From assembly GCA_965222125.1 (NCBI GenBank), contig CBDCTC010000006.1, forward strand, positions 1,375,010-1,439,009: 64,000 nt of DNA. Direction: 5' to 3'. This document shows, piece by piece, positions 9,118 through 19,238 of this stretch (positions within the stretch are counted from its first letter, which is position 1; each line of letters starts with the position of its first letter). The DNA is from Dehalococcoidia bacterium. GTDB taxonomy: Bacteria; Chloroflexota; Dehalococcoidia; Lucifugimonadales; CAZENU01. A model generated the notes under the pieces. That model was not told the origin of the DNA and did not search any database. It saw only the letters and a list, made by a program, of their open reading frames with translations. Both the position numbers and the translations under genes were made by a program.

Positions 9118-11022
9118 TCAGCAGGGCGCCGCGATCGAAACGATAGGGCGCGGGCGCAGGCCGGCGAGCGCCGCGGGGTCGAACGGCTCAGCGTTCGCCT
9201 TCAGCGCCTCGACCCAGGCGGCCCGGCTCGCGCCGTAGCGGCTCCGGCAGCCGTCCTTTTGGGACGTGTCCACCCAGGCGAGGAAGGCTTCGAAGTCGGC
9301 GACCGCCTCGTCGTTCCGACCCAGGAGCGCGTGCGCCAGGCCTCTACTGTCCCTGGAGAGTCCGCCGGGATCGGCGGCCACCGCCTGGTCGCAGTATGGC
9401 ATCGCCTCCGCCGCATTGCCCGTGACCGCGAGCTGCAGGCAGAGCGTGTTGTTATACGTCAGCCGGCGCGGGTCCAGATCGCGGGCGCGCCGCAGATCGG
9501 TCAGGGACGCGCTCCAGTCCTCCAGCTCCGAGTGAATGAGGCCGCGGTTGAAGTGCGCCTCCGGCGAGTCGGGAGACAGCTCGATGGCGCGGCTGAGCTC
9601 CGCGATGGCGAGCTCGGCGTCGCCCGGCTCGCCTCGGGCGATATAGGCGTTCCCGCGGTTGAGGTAAGCCGAAGCGAGGTCCGGTTCGAGGTTCAGGGCC
9701 TTCTCGATGTCGTCGAATGCCCTGTCGACGTCGCCGGGCCCGCCTCTCGCAATGTAGGCCCCGGCCCGGTTCACGTACGCGCCGGCGTAATCGGGATCGA
9801 TCGCCAGCGCGTCGTTCAGGCTGGTCAGGGCGCGGTCCGCGCCGCCGCCGCCGCCGCGCTCCAGGTAGGCGACCGCGAGGTTGAGGCTGCTGGCCGCGCG
9901 GTCGGGGCTGACCGTGGTCGCCCGCACCAGGTCGTAGACCGCCAGATCGGCGTCTCCCGGCCTGGCTCGGGCCAGGTAGGCGATCGCACGGCTGTTGAGT
10001 GCCTCGACGGAGTTGGCCCGGACGGCGAGGACCTGCGTGAACAGCCAAACCGCCTCATCGTAGTCGGCCAGGTCGCCTTCCATGTAGGCGCGTCCCAGCA
10101 GGAACCGAAGATTGGCCAGCGCCGCGGGCTCCGACGGCGGAGGGTCCATCGCGCGCAGCAGCACAGTCTTGGCCCGGTCGAAATCGTCCTGCTCCAGGTA
10201 GAGTTGGCCGAGGGTCAGCAGCGCGACATAACGCACCTCGCTGGTCAGCCCGATGTTGATCGTCGCCGGCAGCTCCGCCGGGGAGGAAGCGATGTCGACG
10301 ATCTGCTGGGCGCGCAGGGTTGGGCGGCTGCGCGGGACGGTGAACCGCGCGATGACGCGGCCGCTGTCGTACTCGCCCCAGATCACCAGCGCGGCGTCGG
10401 AGCGCCTGCCCGCGTTCTCGGCCGCCGGCTCACCGTCGATCTCTCGCGGCCACTCGACCGTACGCACGGACGTCAGGCCGGCCTCGCGTACCTCGGCGTC
10501 TATGGCCGACCTGAGCCGGCCGACAACGTTGAACCCCTGCCCGCCCGCGGTGTAGTTGACGAATGGCGCCAGCACGATCAGCGACTCGTTCCCCACGGCG
10601 GCGGGATATACCGTGTCGTCGCGCGCCCTCAGCGCGACGACGGCCGCGATGGCCGCTATCAACAGCAGCGGAGCGGCCGCGCCGGTTATCCAGAAGCGCC
10701 GGCGAAAGAGCCAGGTGCCAGCGTCGTCGGGTGAGGGCTCAGTTCCCGCCGGGGCGGGGACGGGATCGGGAGATCCCGAGGCCGGCGGCGCGGTCTCGGG
10801 GGAGAATCCGGCCGCCAGGAGGAGCGTGTCCGCCTCGTCGGCCGTCAGGCGGAGTATCTCGGCGCAGCGGACGACGTCCTCTCGGTAGCGGGGGCGGGTG
10901 GTCACGCCCTCCTTCCAGCGGAGGAGCGTGGGCCGGCTAACCGGGATGCGGCGCGCCAGCTCGGCGTCGCCGATGCCGGTCCGGTCCATGTAGGCGGTCA
11001 GCAGCTCGGCGAAAGTTTGCAA
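9118..11022 (-). CDS. HTH (XRE-like) domain, transmembrane, TPR-repeat protein
   Basis: The N-terminus FAELLTAYMDRTGIGDAELARRIPVSRPTLLRWKEG is HTH-like. A hydrophobic segment (WITGAAAPLLLIAAIAAVVAL) follows, then many TPR-like repeats (AYxNRGxAYxxxGxxxxAxxDxxxAxxLxP). Confidence 0.7.
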   Translation of the reverse strand: MQTFAELLTAYMDRTGIGDAELARRIPVSRPTLLRWKEGVTTRPRYREDVVRCAEILRLTADEADTLLLAAGFSPETAPPASGSPDPVPAPAGTEPSPDDAGTWLFRRRFWITGAAAPLLLIAAIAAVVALRARDDTVYPAAVGNESLIVLAPFVNYTAGGQGFNVVGRLRSAIDAEVREAGLTSVRTVEWPREIDGEPAAENAGRRSDAALVIWGEYDSGRVIARFTVPRSRPTLRAQQIVDIASSPAELPATINIGLTSEVRYVALLTLGQLYLEQDDFDRAKTVLLRAMDPPPSEPAALANLRFLLGRAYMEGDLADYDEAVWLFTQVLAVRANSVEALNSRAIAYLARARPGDADLAVYDLVRATTVSPDRAASSLNLAVAYLERGGGGGADRALTSLNDALAIDPDYAGAYVNRAGAYIARGGPGDVDRAFDDIEKALNLEPDLASAYLNRGNAYIARGEPGDAELAIAELSRAIELSPDSPEAHFNRGLIHSELEDWSASLTDLRRARDLDPRRLTYNNTLCLQLAVTGNAAEAMPYCDQAVAADPGGLSRDSRGLAHALLGRNDEAVADFEAFLAWVDTSQKDGCRSRYGASRAAWVEALKANAEPFDPAALAGLRPRPIVSIAAPC

Positions 11023-11182
11023 TTGTTACATCGCTGATACGCTAGACTCGCTGAGTGAGGCAGAGATGTAGTCCGGAGTGTACACCATCTCGTGGGATGC
11101 TGGCGGTGGCCGCCGACCGGAACCGACCCCGGCCGTGGGGTCGACGGACCGGCGGACACGATCACACGGTAGGAGACATGAG

Positions 11183-12820
11183 ATGACTAAATTCGTCCTT
11201 GCCACAGTCATTGGCTGGGTCACGGTTCTCATCGTCGCTCTTTCGCTGGTAGCGGTGGTGTTTTTTGGCATATCCGGACCAAGGGACCCGCTCTCCACTT
11301 TGCTTGGTGAAGCCAGCTCCCAGACGGCCTTGCCGGCCCAGGCGGCGGCGGACCCCTCCGCCGGACAGCCGGTACCGGTGCAGCAGCAGGCGCAGACGGA
11401 GGGATTCAACACGATAGGCGGCAGCGCGACGGTCAACGACGCCGCGTACGACCTGACTTTCTTCAAGCACTACGGGGTCAACCCGTTCATCGACACCGAG
11501 GACGACCACCTGTCCACCTTCGCCATGGACGTGGACACGGCATCGTACACGGTGGCGCGCCGGTTCGTGCAGGACGGCAACCTGCCGGACCCGGCCTCGG
11601 TGCGGGTCGAGGAGTTCGTCAACTACTTCGACCAGGCCTACGATCCGCCGACCGAGGACGCGTTCGCCATACACCTGGAGGGGTCGCCGTCGCCGTTCGG
11701 AGGCGAGAGGCACTGGCTGCTGCGAGTGGGGCTCCAGGGGAGGGAGGTCGCTGAGGACGCTCGCAAGGACGCGACGCTCATCTTCGCCATCGACGTCTCC
11801 GGATCGATGGGGCGCGAGGACCGTCTCGGACTGGTCAAGAGATCGCTCAGACTGCTGGTCGACGAGCTGCGGCCCGCCGACGAGGTCGGAATCATCATCT
11901 ACGGCGACCGCGGCTCGGTGCTGCTGGAGCCGACCGACGGCGGCGAGAGCCGCTCGATCCTGAGCGCGATAGACGCCCTGCAGCCGGGCGGGTCCACGTA
12001 CGTGGAAGACGGGCTGCGTCTGGCCTACGAGATGGCGTCGGATCGGGTGCGGCCCGGACGCATAACGCGGGTGATGCTGCTGTCGGACGGCGTCGGCAAC
12101 GTCGGTCGAACCGGGTCCGACTCGATCCTCGGGCAGATCAGGTCGCACGTCGACCGGGGCGTAACGCTCACGACCGTCGGGTTCGGGATGGGCAACTACA
12201 ACGACATCCTGATGGAGCAGCTCGCCAACGACGGCGACGGGACGTACCACTACGTCGACTCGCTCACGGAGGCGCGGCGCGTCTTCGTAGACAACCTCGT
12301 CGGCACCCTTCAGAACATCGCGAAGGACGCCAAGGTCCAGGTCGACTTCAACCCCGAAGTGGTACGCAGCTACCGGCTCATCGGGTACGAGAACCGCGAC
12401 GTGGCGGACGAAGACTTCCGGAACGACGCGGTCGACGCGGGCGAGGTGGGCGCCGGGCACAGCGTGACCGCCCTGTACGAGGTGAAGCTGCACGAGGACG
12501 CGGACGGCGCGCTCGGCACGGTCTACCTTCGCTACGAGGACCCGGACACCGGAGAGGTGACCGAGCTCAGGCGCGACCTGCCGCGGAGCGAGCTGGCCGC
12601 GCGCTTCGAGGACGCGTCACCGACGTTCCAGCTCGCCGCGGTCGTGGTCGAGTACGCGGAGGTCCTGCGCGAGAGCTACTGGGCGCGAGAAGGGACCCTC
12701 GGAGCCGTAGCCCGCGAGGCGGCGCGGCTGGCGCGGCTGTTACCGGAGGACAACGACGTGGTCGAGTTCGCCGCGCTGACCGCCCAGGCGGAGCGCATAC
12801 AGTCGACGGCGCGCAGATAG
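11183..12820 (+). CDS. von Willebrand factor type A domain protein (YfbK-like), N-terminal membrane anchor
   Basis: Contains the MIDAS motif FAIDVSGSMGRED and a vWA fold with a conserved C-terminal extension. I chose the start ATG at 11183, preceded by AGGAGA at 11171-11176; the track ORF starts earlier at 11078. Confidence 0.8.
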   Translation: MTKFVLATVIGWVTVLIVALSLVAVVFFGISGPRDPLSTLLGEASSQTALPAQAAADPSAGQPVPVQQQAQTEGFNTIGGSATVNDAAYDLTFFKHYGVNPFIDTEDDHLSTFAMDVDTASYTVARRFVQDGNLPDPASVRVEEFVNYFDQAYDPPTEDAFAIHLEGSPSPFGGERHWLLRVGLQGREVAEDARKDATLIFAIDVSGSMGREDRLGLVKRSLRLLVDELRPADEVGIIIYGDRGSVLLEPTDGGESRSILSAIDALQPGGSTYVEDGLRLAYEMASDRVRPGRITRVMLLSDGVGNVGRTGSDSILGQIRSHVDRGVTLTTVGFGMGNYNDILMEQLANDGDGTYHYVDSLTEARRVFVDNLVGTLQNIAKDAKVQVDFNPEVVRSYRLIGYENRDVADEDFRNDAVDAGEVGAGHSVTALYEVKLHEDADGALGTVYLRYEDPDTGEVTELRRDLPRSELAARFEDASPTFQLAAVVVEYAEVLRESYWAREGTLGAVAREAARLARLLPEDNDVVEFAALTAQAERIQSTARR

Positions 12821-13186
12821 TCGAGACGGGCCGCAGGGCGGGGGTCAGGCGCAGGCAGCCTGCCCCAGCCTTTGCTTGTCGACTAGGGCGTGTTCACGCT
12901 ACCACTAATCAGATACAACATCCGGGAGAACCGGGGGCGCGTGGCCGGGATTCCAGTGCCCCCAGGCTATCTGGATCTGGCTCTCCGGGTGATAAGCGTG
13001 AACAGGCCCTAACCCGGCCAGGGGCCGAATTGCCCGCCTCAGTCTGTCCAGTGCGCCCCGGCCAAGCGTCCGCGGGTGAGGCTGTCGCAACGGCTCTCCG
13101 CGATTTTCATCCTCTCCCTTGACGGAAGAGGATCGGTGATGCATCCGTTATGAGGACTCCCGGCTCAGATCAGAGGCCCACGCCAT

Positions 13187-13226
13187 CCCCCTCACCCTAG
13201 CCCTCTCCAACGGAGGGGAGCGGGGA
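13187..13226. repeat. palindromic REP-like element overlapping the stop codon of the histidine phosphatase gene
   Basis: The sequence is ccccctcaccctagCCCTCTCCaacGGAGGGGagcgggga. It forms a 7-bp hairpin (13202-13208 pairs with 13212-13218) with a triloop, and it supplies the odd C-terminal tail ...SPLPSVGEG of the upstream ORF. Confidence 0.4.
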
Positions 13227-13841
13227 CCCATGAGGCGTTCGCAGGTGACAGGTCTCGTTGGTGGATACGACCTCGGACTTGCCCGGGCTCAACTCGATCC
13301 TGACCATCGCACCGAGGTCCAGGCGGACTCGGCGGAAATGGCGTAGGGGCGTGTCCAAGACCTTTGCCACCACGGTCAGGATCGTGAAGCAGTGGCTGAC
13401 CGCGACGACCGTCTCGTCCGCGTGAGCGTCGGAGAGGCGCCGGACGGCCCGCCACGCCCTGTCCTGTAGTTCTGTTATCGTCTCGCCGCCGGGAGGCCTG
13501 GCGGTGGCGGGCTCGCTCTCCCACTTGCCGAAGTATGCGGGGTACTTCTGGGGGATCTCGTCGTCCGTGAGACCCTCGAGGTCCCCGACGTCGGTCTCGG
13601 CCAGGTCCTCGACGACCGTGAACGGGGCGTCGATGGTCTTGGAGATGGATCCGGCGGTCTCACGGGCCCGCCGGGCAGGGCTTGTGTACAGGCGGAAGGG
13701 GAGCTCCGTCCTCAGGGCGGCCGCGAGGTCGTCGGCCTGGGCTCTACCGGCGGCGTTCAGGGGCGGGCCGCCGGTGCTGCTCATCATCCTGCCTTCGCGG
13801 TTGGCATCGGTCTCGCCGTGTCTGACGAGGATGAGTTCCAT
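13197..13841 (-). CDS. histidine phosphatase family protein
   Basis: Contains MELILVRHGETDANREGRMM (RHG motif) and a downstream VSHCFTI (His) motif. Confidence 0.8.
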   Translation of the reverse strand: MELILVRHGETDANREGRMMSSTGGPPLNAAGRAQADDLAAALRTELPFRLYTSPARRARETAGSISKTIDAPFTVVEDLAETDVGDLEGLTDDEIPQKYPAYFGKWESEPATARPPGGETITELQDRAWRAVRRLSDAHADETVVAVSHCFTILTVVAKVLDTPLRHFRRVRLDLGAMVRIELSPGKSEVVSTNETCHLRTPHGSPLPSVGEG

Positions 13842-13911
13842 TTGATTGCTCGCTTCCGGGTTAGTGTCCGGCCCTGCGAGCTAAGGATAGCCGACCGAGC
13901 CGCGGAGCGAG

Positions 13912-14385
13912 CTATTCTTCGTCCCCCGACTCGTCCATCAGCCTTCCGATCGCGCGGCGGGAGACGGACTGGCTGAATCCGCGGCGCTGTAGGTAGCCGA
14001 GCAGCCGGCGCTGGAATGCGACGGGGTCTGCCCGCCCGCCGATTCTGGAGTACTTCAGGCACGCCCGGTACGCCGACTCCTCGTCGTCGATCTCACGGAC
14101 CGCCTCGTCGGCAAGGGTGCCGTCGACCCCCTTGGCCAGCAGCTCACGGGCGATCAGCCCCGCGCTGCGGGGGTTTCGTGCCTCTCTGCTCTCGGCCCAC
14201 TGGGTGGAAAATAGGGCGTCGTCCAGCAGGCCCTGCGACCTGAGCGCGGCCACGACCTCTGACGCGACCTCCTCCGGGAACCTGCGCGCCAGGCGTTCGC
14301 GGACCTCGCGCTCGGACCTTGCCCGTTGCGCCAAGAGCCGCAACGCGGCGTCGCGGGCCGCACGGTACGAGCTGCGGTCGCTCAT
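13912..14385 (-). CDS. recX: recombination regulator RecX
   Basis: 157 aa, immediately downstream of recA. AALRLLAQRARSEREVRERLARR... shows the typical RecX helical repeats. Confidence 0.85.
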   Translation of the reverse strand: MSDRSSYRAARDAALRLLAQRARSEREVRERLARRFPEEVASEVVAALRSQGLLDDALFSTQWAESREARNPRSAGLIARELLAKGVDGTLADEAVREIDDEESAYRACLKYSRIGGRADPVAFQRRLLGYLQRRGFSQSVSRRAIGRLMDESGDEE

Positions 14386-14437
14386 CGATAACCGGGCCGC
14401 GTCTTAGCCGACTGCTCGAAGCCCGCGGGGCCTTCCC

Positions 14438-15475
14438 CTACGACCCGGCCTCGTCGTCGGCGGGCGCCTCCGCGCCGGCCGGCGCGTCAAGCGCGGCGGC
14501 GGCCCGGATCATGCCCTCCACCTTCGCGGCGACGTCCGGATTCTCCCTCAGGAACGCCTTGGCGTTCTCCCGACCCTGGCCCAGCCGTGTGTCGTCAAAG
14601 GAGTAGAAGGAGCCGCTCTTCTTGATGATGCCGGCCTCTGCGCCAAGCTCGACCAGGTCGCCCTCTTTGCTGATTCCCTGGTTGAACATCACGTCGAACT
14701 CGGCGACGCGGAACGGCGGCGCGACCTTGTTCTTGAGGACCCGTGCTCGTATACGGCTGCCCACGATGTCGCTCCCCTGCTTGATCGATTCGAGCCTACG
14801 CAGGTCGATGCGGACCGAGCTGTAGAACTTCAGCGCCCGGCCGCCGGGCGTGACCTCCGGGCTGCCCCAGATCACGCCGACCTTCTCCCTGATCTGGTTG
14901 ATGAAGACCACCGCCGTCTTCGACCGGCTGATCGCCGAGGTCAGCTTGCGGAGCGCCTGGGACATCAACCGGGCCTGCAGGCCCACGTGGGTGTCGCCCA
15001 TCTCGCCTTCGATCTCGGCCCGCGGCACCAGCGCGGCGACGCTGTCGACGACGACGATGTCGAGCGCGCCGCTGCGGACGAGGTACTCGGTGATCTCGAG
15101 GCACTGCTCGGCCGAATCGGGCTGCGAGACGAGCAGGTCCTCGGTGTTCAGGCCGCATCGGGCGGCGTAGGCAGGGTCGAGTGCATGCTCGGCGTCCAGG
15201 TAGGCCGCCGTGCCGCCGGTGCGCTGGGCCTCCGCCATGACGTGGAACGCCAGCGTGGACTTCGCGGCCGATTCGACCCCGAAGATCTCGGTGACGCGGC
15301 CTCTTGGGATGCCGCCGACGCCCAAGGCGACGTCGAGGGCCAGCGACCCGGTCGGGATGACCTCGGTCCGCCCGTTGGCGCCGGAGTCGCCCAGCCGCAT
15401 CACCGTGCCTCTGCCGAACTGCCGGTCGATCTGGCCCAGGGCAAGCTCCAGCGCTTTTGCTTTCTCAGTGATCAT
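14438..15475 (-). CDS. recA: recombinase RecA
   Basis: Contains [23 protein letters not shown], the Walker A context [13 protein letters not shown], and [13 protein letters not shown]. Homology is full-length. Confidence 0.97.
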   Translation of the reverse strand: MITEKAKALELALGQIDRQFGRGTVMRLGDSGANGRTEVIPTGSLALDVALGVGGIPRGRVTEIFGVESAAKSTLAFHVMAEAQRTGGTAAYLDAEHALDPAYAARCGLNTEDLLVSQPDSAEQCLEITEYLVRSGALDIVVVDSVAALVPRAEIEGEMGDTHVGLQARLMSQALRKLTSAISRSKTAVVFINQIREKVGVIWGSPEVTPGGRALKFYSSVRIDLRRLESIKQGSDIVGSRIRARVLKNKVAPPFRVAEFDVMFNQGISKEGDLVELGAEAGIIKKSGSFYSFDDTRLGQGRENAKAFLRENPDVAAKVEGMIRAAAALDAPAGAEAPADDEAGS

Positions 15476-15547
15476 TTAGCACTTCCGTTCGTCCCAACTG
15501 CGCCAGCGTTCTGCTAAGGGCCAGCTCGTCGGGGGGAGTAGGTCGGA

Positions 15548-15576
15548 ATGATAACATGGACATACACCGCTGCCAA
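15548..15576 (-). promoter_or_regulatory. putative sigma70-type promoter of recA
   Basis: On the minus strand: TTGGCA (15571-15576), 17-nt spacer, TATCAT (15548-15553), about 70 nt upstream of the recA ATG. Confidence 0.4.
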
Positions 15577-15662
15577 CCGTGATGATTCGCGCACACGGTC
15601 GCTCAAGACCATGCAGACGGCTGTATGGCGCGGCGCGGGGCAAGTGGAACGGGAGCTCAGGC

Positions 15663-16286
15663 GTGATACCAGACCGGCCGAGAATAGGCATTGTAGGGGT
15701 TCGAGCGTCCGACGCGGCGCTGCTCGAGAAGATAGTCAGCCGATCGGAGGGCTGCCCGGTTGTCGTGCCCCCCGCAAGTCCAGAGCTCGACGGCCTCTCG
15801 GGACTGGTCGTCGCCGGCGGTGAAGGCGCAGCCGGACGCGGTGCAGCGACGGCGCTGGCCGAGGCCGCCATCGAACTTGATATGCCGGTGCTCGGCGTCG
15901 GGCCCGGAATGATCGCGCTGAACACCGCGTTCGGCGGTGCAGCGCCGAACGAAGTCGTGGGACACGACGTGGAGCTCGAAGACGGGGAGCCCGTGTCTGC
16001 CTACCACCGCATCTACATCGCGCCGGGAAGCAAGCTCGCGGCCATCGTAGGCTCCGGCGGGTTCGTCCGTGTCAACAGCCGCCACGGCGTGGGCCTGCGA
16101 GATGCCCACAAGTCGCCCCGGCTGTTGGCATCGGCCTATGGACTGGACGACGGCGTCGTCGAGGCGCTGGAGAGCCCGGAGCACGACTGGGTGATCGCGG
16201 TGCAGTTCAACCCGGAGCGTCGGATGGAGGTGCCCCCGCAGTTCGACCGGCTGTTCCAGGGCCTGGTCGAGCGGGCCGCACGGTAA
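15663..16286 (+). CDS. class I glutamine amidotransferase / peptidase C26-like protein lacking catalytic Cys and His
   Basis: Fold motifs are retained (PRIGIVGV, VNSRH, VQFNPE). However, the nucleophile motif LGICRGxQ reads LGVGPGMI, and the WHPE histidine reads FNPE. I chose the GTG start at 15663, which has a GGGAG 7 nt upstream. Confidence 0.6.
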   Translation: MIPDRPRIGIVGVRASDAALLEKIVSRSEGCPVVVPPASPELDGLSGLVVAGGEGAAGRGAATALAEAAIELDMPVLGVGPGMIALNTAFGGAAPNEVVGHDVELEDGEPVSAYHRIYIAPGSKLAAIVGSGGFVRVNSRHGVGLRDAHKSPRLLASAYGLDDGVVEALESPEHDWVIAVQFNPERRMEVPPQFDRLFQGLVERAAR

Positions 16287-16583
16287 GGGGGGGCCTTCTT
16301 CCCGGCCAGTCGCCCGCCCCGAGTCGTCGCCGCGGCACTCTCCGAAACCGTGGCTGCGACGGCCCGATGCGCGGAAAAGAGCGCGTCAAATCCCTATATG
16401 AATGCTATCTGAAATGTTATACTTGTACAAGCACGGTCGAAGCGGCGCTGGTGCCGCCGACAGCAGGCCGCACCCTAGGCCTCCGGGCCGCGTTCCGCGC
16501 GGCGCCGTGAGATAGACCAGGCAACTTCCCCCGCTCGTATCGGCGAGCGACAGGCCACGGACCGACACGCGCAGGAGTGATCG

Positions 16584-19118
16584 ATGGTTCTCAAGACCCC
16601 CTACGGTTTCATAAAGCCGGCGCAGCTCGAAGACGAGATGCGTACCTCCTACATGGAGTACGCGATGAGCGTCATCGTCGCGCGGGCGCTGCCCGACGTG
16701 CGCGATGGCCTGAAGCCGGTGCAGCGGCGCATCCTCTATGCCATGGACGACCTAGGGATGCGGCCCAACTCACAGTACAAGAAGAGCGCCCGTCTCGTCG
16801 GCGAGGTGCTGGGAAAGTGGCACCCCCACGGCGACGCCCCCGTCTACGACGCGCTCGTCCGGATGGCGCAGCCGTTCTCACTCAGGCTGCCGTTGGTCGA
16901 CGGCCAGGGCAACTTCGGCAGCGTCGACAACGACCCGCCAGCGGCCATGCGCTACACGGAAGCGAAGCTCAGCCAGGCCGCGACCGAGATTCTGGCCAAT
17001 CTGGACCAGGACACAGTCGACTATGTCGACAACTTCGACGGCACGCTGCGGGAGCCCGTGGTGCTGCCCGCCCGGCTGCCCAACCTGCTGATCAACGGCG
17101 CGGCCGGCATCGCGGTCGGGATGGCCACCAACATCCCGCCTCAAAACCCGACTGAGGTCTGCAACGGGGTGCTCGAACTAATAGCGAACCCGGAAGCGAC
17201 CACCGAGGACCTGATGCGCCACGTTCGGGGGCCGGACTTCCCAACCGGCGCGACCATCATGGGGCGCGTGGGCATAAGGAACGCCTACACGACCGGCAGG
17301 GGCCAGATGGTCGTCAGGGCCGTGGCGGACATCGAGCAGCCCAAGCGGTCCGGCAGGCAGCAGATCATCGTCACCGAGCTGCCCTACCAGGTCAACAAGG
17401 CGGCCCTGATCGAGAAGATAGCGGCGCTCGTGAAGAACAAGCGCCTCGAAGGCATCTCCGACATCCGCGACGAGTCGAACCGTGAGGGCATGCGGATCGT
17501 GATCGAGTTGCGCTCGGGCGCACAGGGCCTGGTCGTGCTGAACAACCTGTACAAGCTCACGGCCATGCAGAGCTCCTTCTCCGCCAACATGCTCGCGTTG
17601 GTAGGAGGCATGCCGAAGATCATCACGCTCAAGTCCGCCCTGCAGAGCTACATCGACTTCCGGCGCGAGGTCGTCACGCGGCGCGCCCGCTTCGAGTTGA
17701 AGCGCGCGCGGGAGCGGGCCCACATCCTCGAGGGACTCAGGATCGCGCTCGCGAACCTGGACTCGATCATCGCCCTGATCAGGAACGCTGCGGACGCGGA
17801 CGCCGCCAAGCAGGGCCTGATGGAGTGGTACAACCTCGACGCTGTCCAGGCCCAGGCGATCCTCGACATGCAGCTGCGCCGGATAGCCGCCCTGGAGCGC
17901 GAGAGGATTGAGACCGAGTACGGGGAGCTGCAGGCGACGATCGCGGAGCTGGTGGGGCTGCTGGCCGACCCGGCGAAGGTCTCCGCCGAGGTGGCCCGGG
18001 AGACGGAGGAGGTGAAGAAGAAGGTCCGGGGCGCGCGCCGCACGGCGATCGCCGGCGAAGCCCAGGAGTTCAGCCGCGAGGAGCTGGAGGCGCACGAGCA
18101 GGTCGTCGTCACCCTGAGCCAGGGCGGATACATCAAGCGAATCCCGGCCAGCACGTACCGCAACCAACACAGGGGTGGCAAGGGCGTCTACAGCATGCGG
18201 ACCAGGGAAGACGATCCCGTCCGCCACATCCTCGTGGGCGACACCCACGACACGGTGCTCTTCTTCACGAACACCGGCAGGGTGCTGTCTACCCGGTCCT
18301 ACGAGCTGCGGGCCGATATCTCCCGCAACACCCGGGGCGTGCCCGTGGCCAACGTCGTTCCCCTGAGCGACAGGGAGCACGTCAACGCCTTAGTCGGCGT
18401 GCGCAGCCTGCGGGAGGAGGGCCTGTTCCTGGTCCTGATCACCCGCAAGGGAAAGATCAAGCGCGTCGCGCTGGAGCAGATCTCCAAGATACGGCGTTCC
18501 GGGCTGATCATCATGAACCTGGAAAAGGGCGACGAGCTCGTGACGGCTCGCCTGGCCAAGGACGACGACGACGTTATCATGGTCACCGAGCAGGGCATGT
18601 CGATCCGTTTCCCGGTCGCGGAAGTCACCCCGAGGCAGCGCGGCGCCGGCGGCGTCAAGGGGATGACGCTCGCGGGCAAGGACCGGATCATGGCGATGGA
18701 CATCGTTGTGCCCGATAGCAAGCTGCTGGTCATCGGGAGGCGGGGATACGGCAAGCTGACCGACCTCAACCGCTACGGTCAGCAGCACCGCGGCGGGTTG
18801 GGCATCCTGACGCTGAGGGTCACGAGAAAGACCGGCACGCTGGCAGCCGCGGAGGTGATAGCCGACAGCGACCAGGTGTACGTAGTGTCGAGGAAGTCGC
18901 TCGTGCTGCGCACCAACCTGTCGGAGATCCGCAACACCGGCAGGGCGACCCAGGGCGTCACGATATTCAAGCTGGACGACGACGACGCGGTGTCCGCCAT
19001 CGCGTGCGTGGGCGAGCTCGAGGCCGAGGACGAGCCGAAGGCTCTGACGGACCTCGAAGGGAAGCCCGGAGCCAACGGCAGGCGCAACGGACGGGTCGCG
19101 GCCAATAACGGGAAGTAG
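16584..19118 (+). CDS. gyrA: DNA gyrase subunit A
   Basis: Contains [33 protein letters not shown], the active-site region [10 protein letters not shown], and C-terminal beta-pinwheel repeats. Confidence 0.97.
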   Translation: MVLKTPYGFIKPAQLEDEMRTSYMEYAMSVIVARALPDVRDGLKPVQRRILYAMDDLGMRPNSQYKKSARLVGEVLGKWHPHGDAPVYDALVRMAQPFSLRLPLVDGQGNFGSVDNDPPAAMRYTEAKLSQAATEILANLDQDTVDYVDNFDGTLREPVVLPARLPNLLINGAAGIAVGMATNIPPQNPTEVCNGVLELIANPEATTEDLMRHVRGPDFPTGATIMGRVGIRNAYTTGRGQMVVRAVADIEQPKRSGRQQIIVTELPYQVNKAALIEKIAALVKNKRLEGISDIRDESNREGMRIVIELRSGAQGLVVLNNLYKLTAMQSSFSANMLALVGGMPKIITLKSALQSYIDFRREVVTRRARFELKRARERAHILEGLRIALANLDSIIALIRNAADADAAKQGLMEWYNLDAVQAQAILDMQLRRIAALERERIETEYGELQATIAELVGLLADPAKVSAEVARETEEVKKKVRGARRTAIAGEAQEFSREELEAHEQVVVTLSQGGYIKRIPASTYRNQHRGGKGVYSMRTREDDPVRHILVGDTHDTVLFFTNTGRVLSTRSYELRADISRNTRGVPVANVVPLSDREHVNALVGVRSLREEGLFLVLITRKGKIKRVALEQISKIRRSGLIIMNLEKGDELVTARLAKDDDDVIMVTEQGMSIRFPVAEVTPRQRGAGGVKGMTLAGKDRIMAMDIVVPDSKLLVIGRRGYGKLTDLNRYGQQHRGGLGILTLRVTRKTGTLAAAEVIADSDQVYVVSRKSLVLRTNLSEIRNTGRATQGVTIFKLDDDDAVSAIACVGELEAEDEPKALTDLEGKPGANGRRNGRVAANNGK

Positions 19119-19238
19119 GCCCGCGCGCCCTTCCCGCGCGTCGCATCCGGGCGCTGCGAAGAAAACCGTATCGGCTCGGGCTTCGTAGAACTATGTAGAA
19201 GTCCAAGGCACCCGCAGCCGTAGGAGCGCCCGTTCGCC

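Noticed and set aside
12905-13144. The 79-aa minus-strand ORF in the vWA / histidine-phosphatase intergenic region. I also noticed imperfect inverted repeats CGTGTTCACGCT (about 12889) and AGCGTGAACAGG (about 13004).
   Set aside because: There is no recognisable domain, the composition is poor and no convincing SD is present. I could not decide between a decayed small gene, a MITE-like element and noise, so it is not reported as a feature.
15476-15662. A LexA/SOS box upstream of recA (searched for GAAC-N4-GTTC, TCGAAC-N4-GTTCGA and GTTC-N7-GTTC patterns).
   Set aside because: Only isolated GAAC/GTTC tetramers with non-canonical spacing are present. No convincing palindrome was found.
16386-16435. 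An AT-rich island upstream of gyrA as a defined promoter (TATATG-N17-TATACT).
   Set aside because: The -35 hexamer is poor and several alternative registers are possible. It is noted only as a probable promoter region, not called as a feature.
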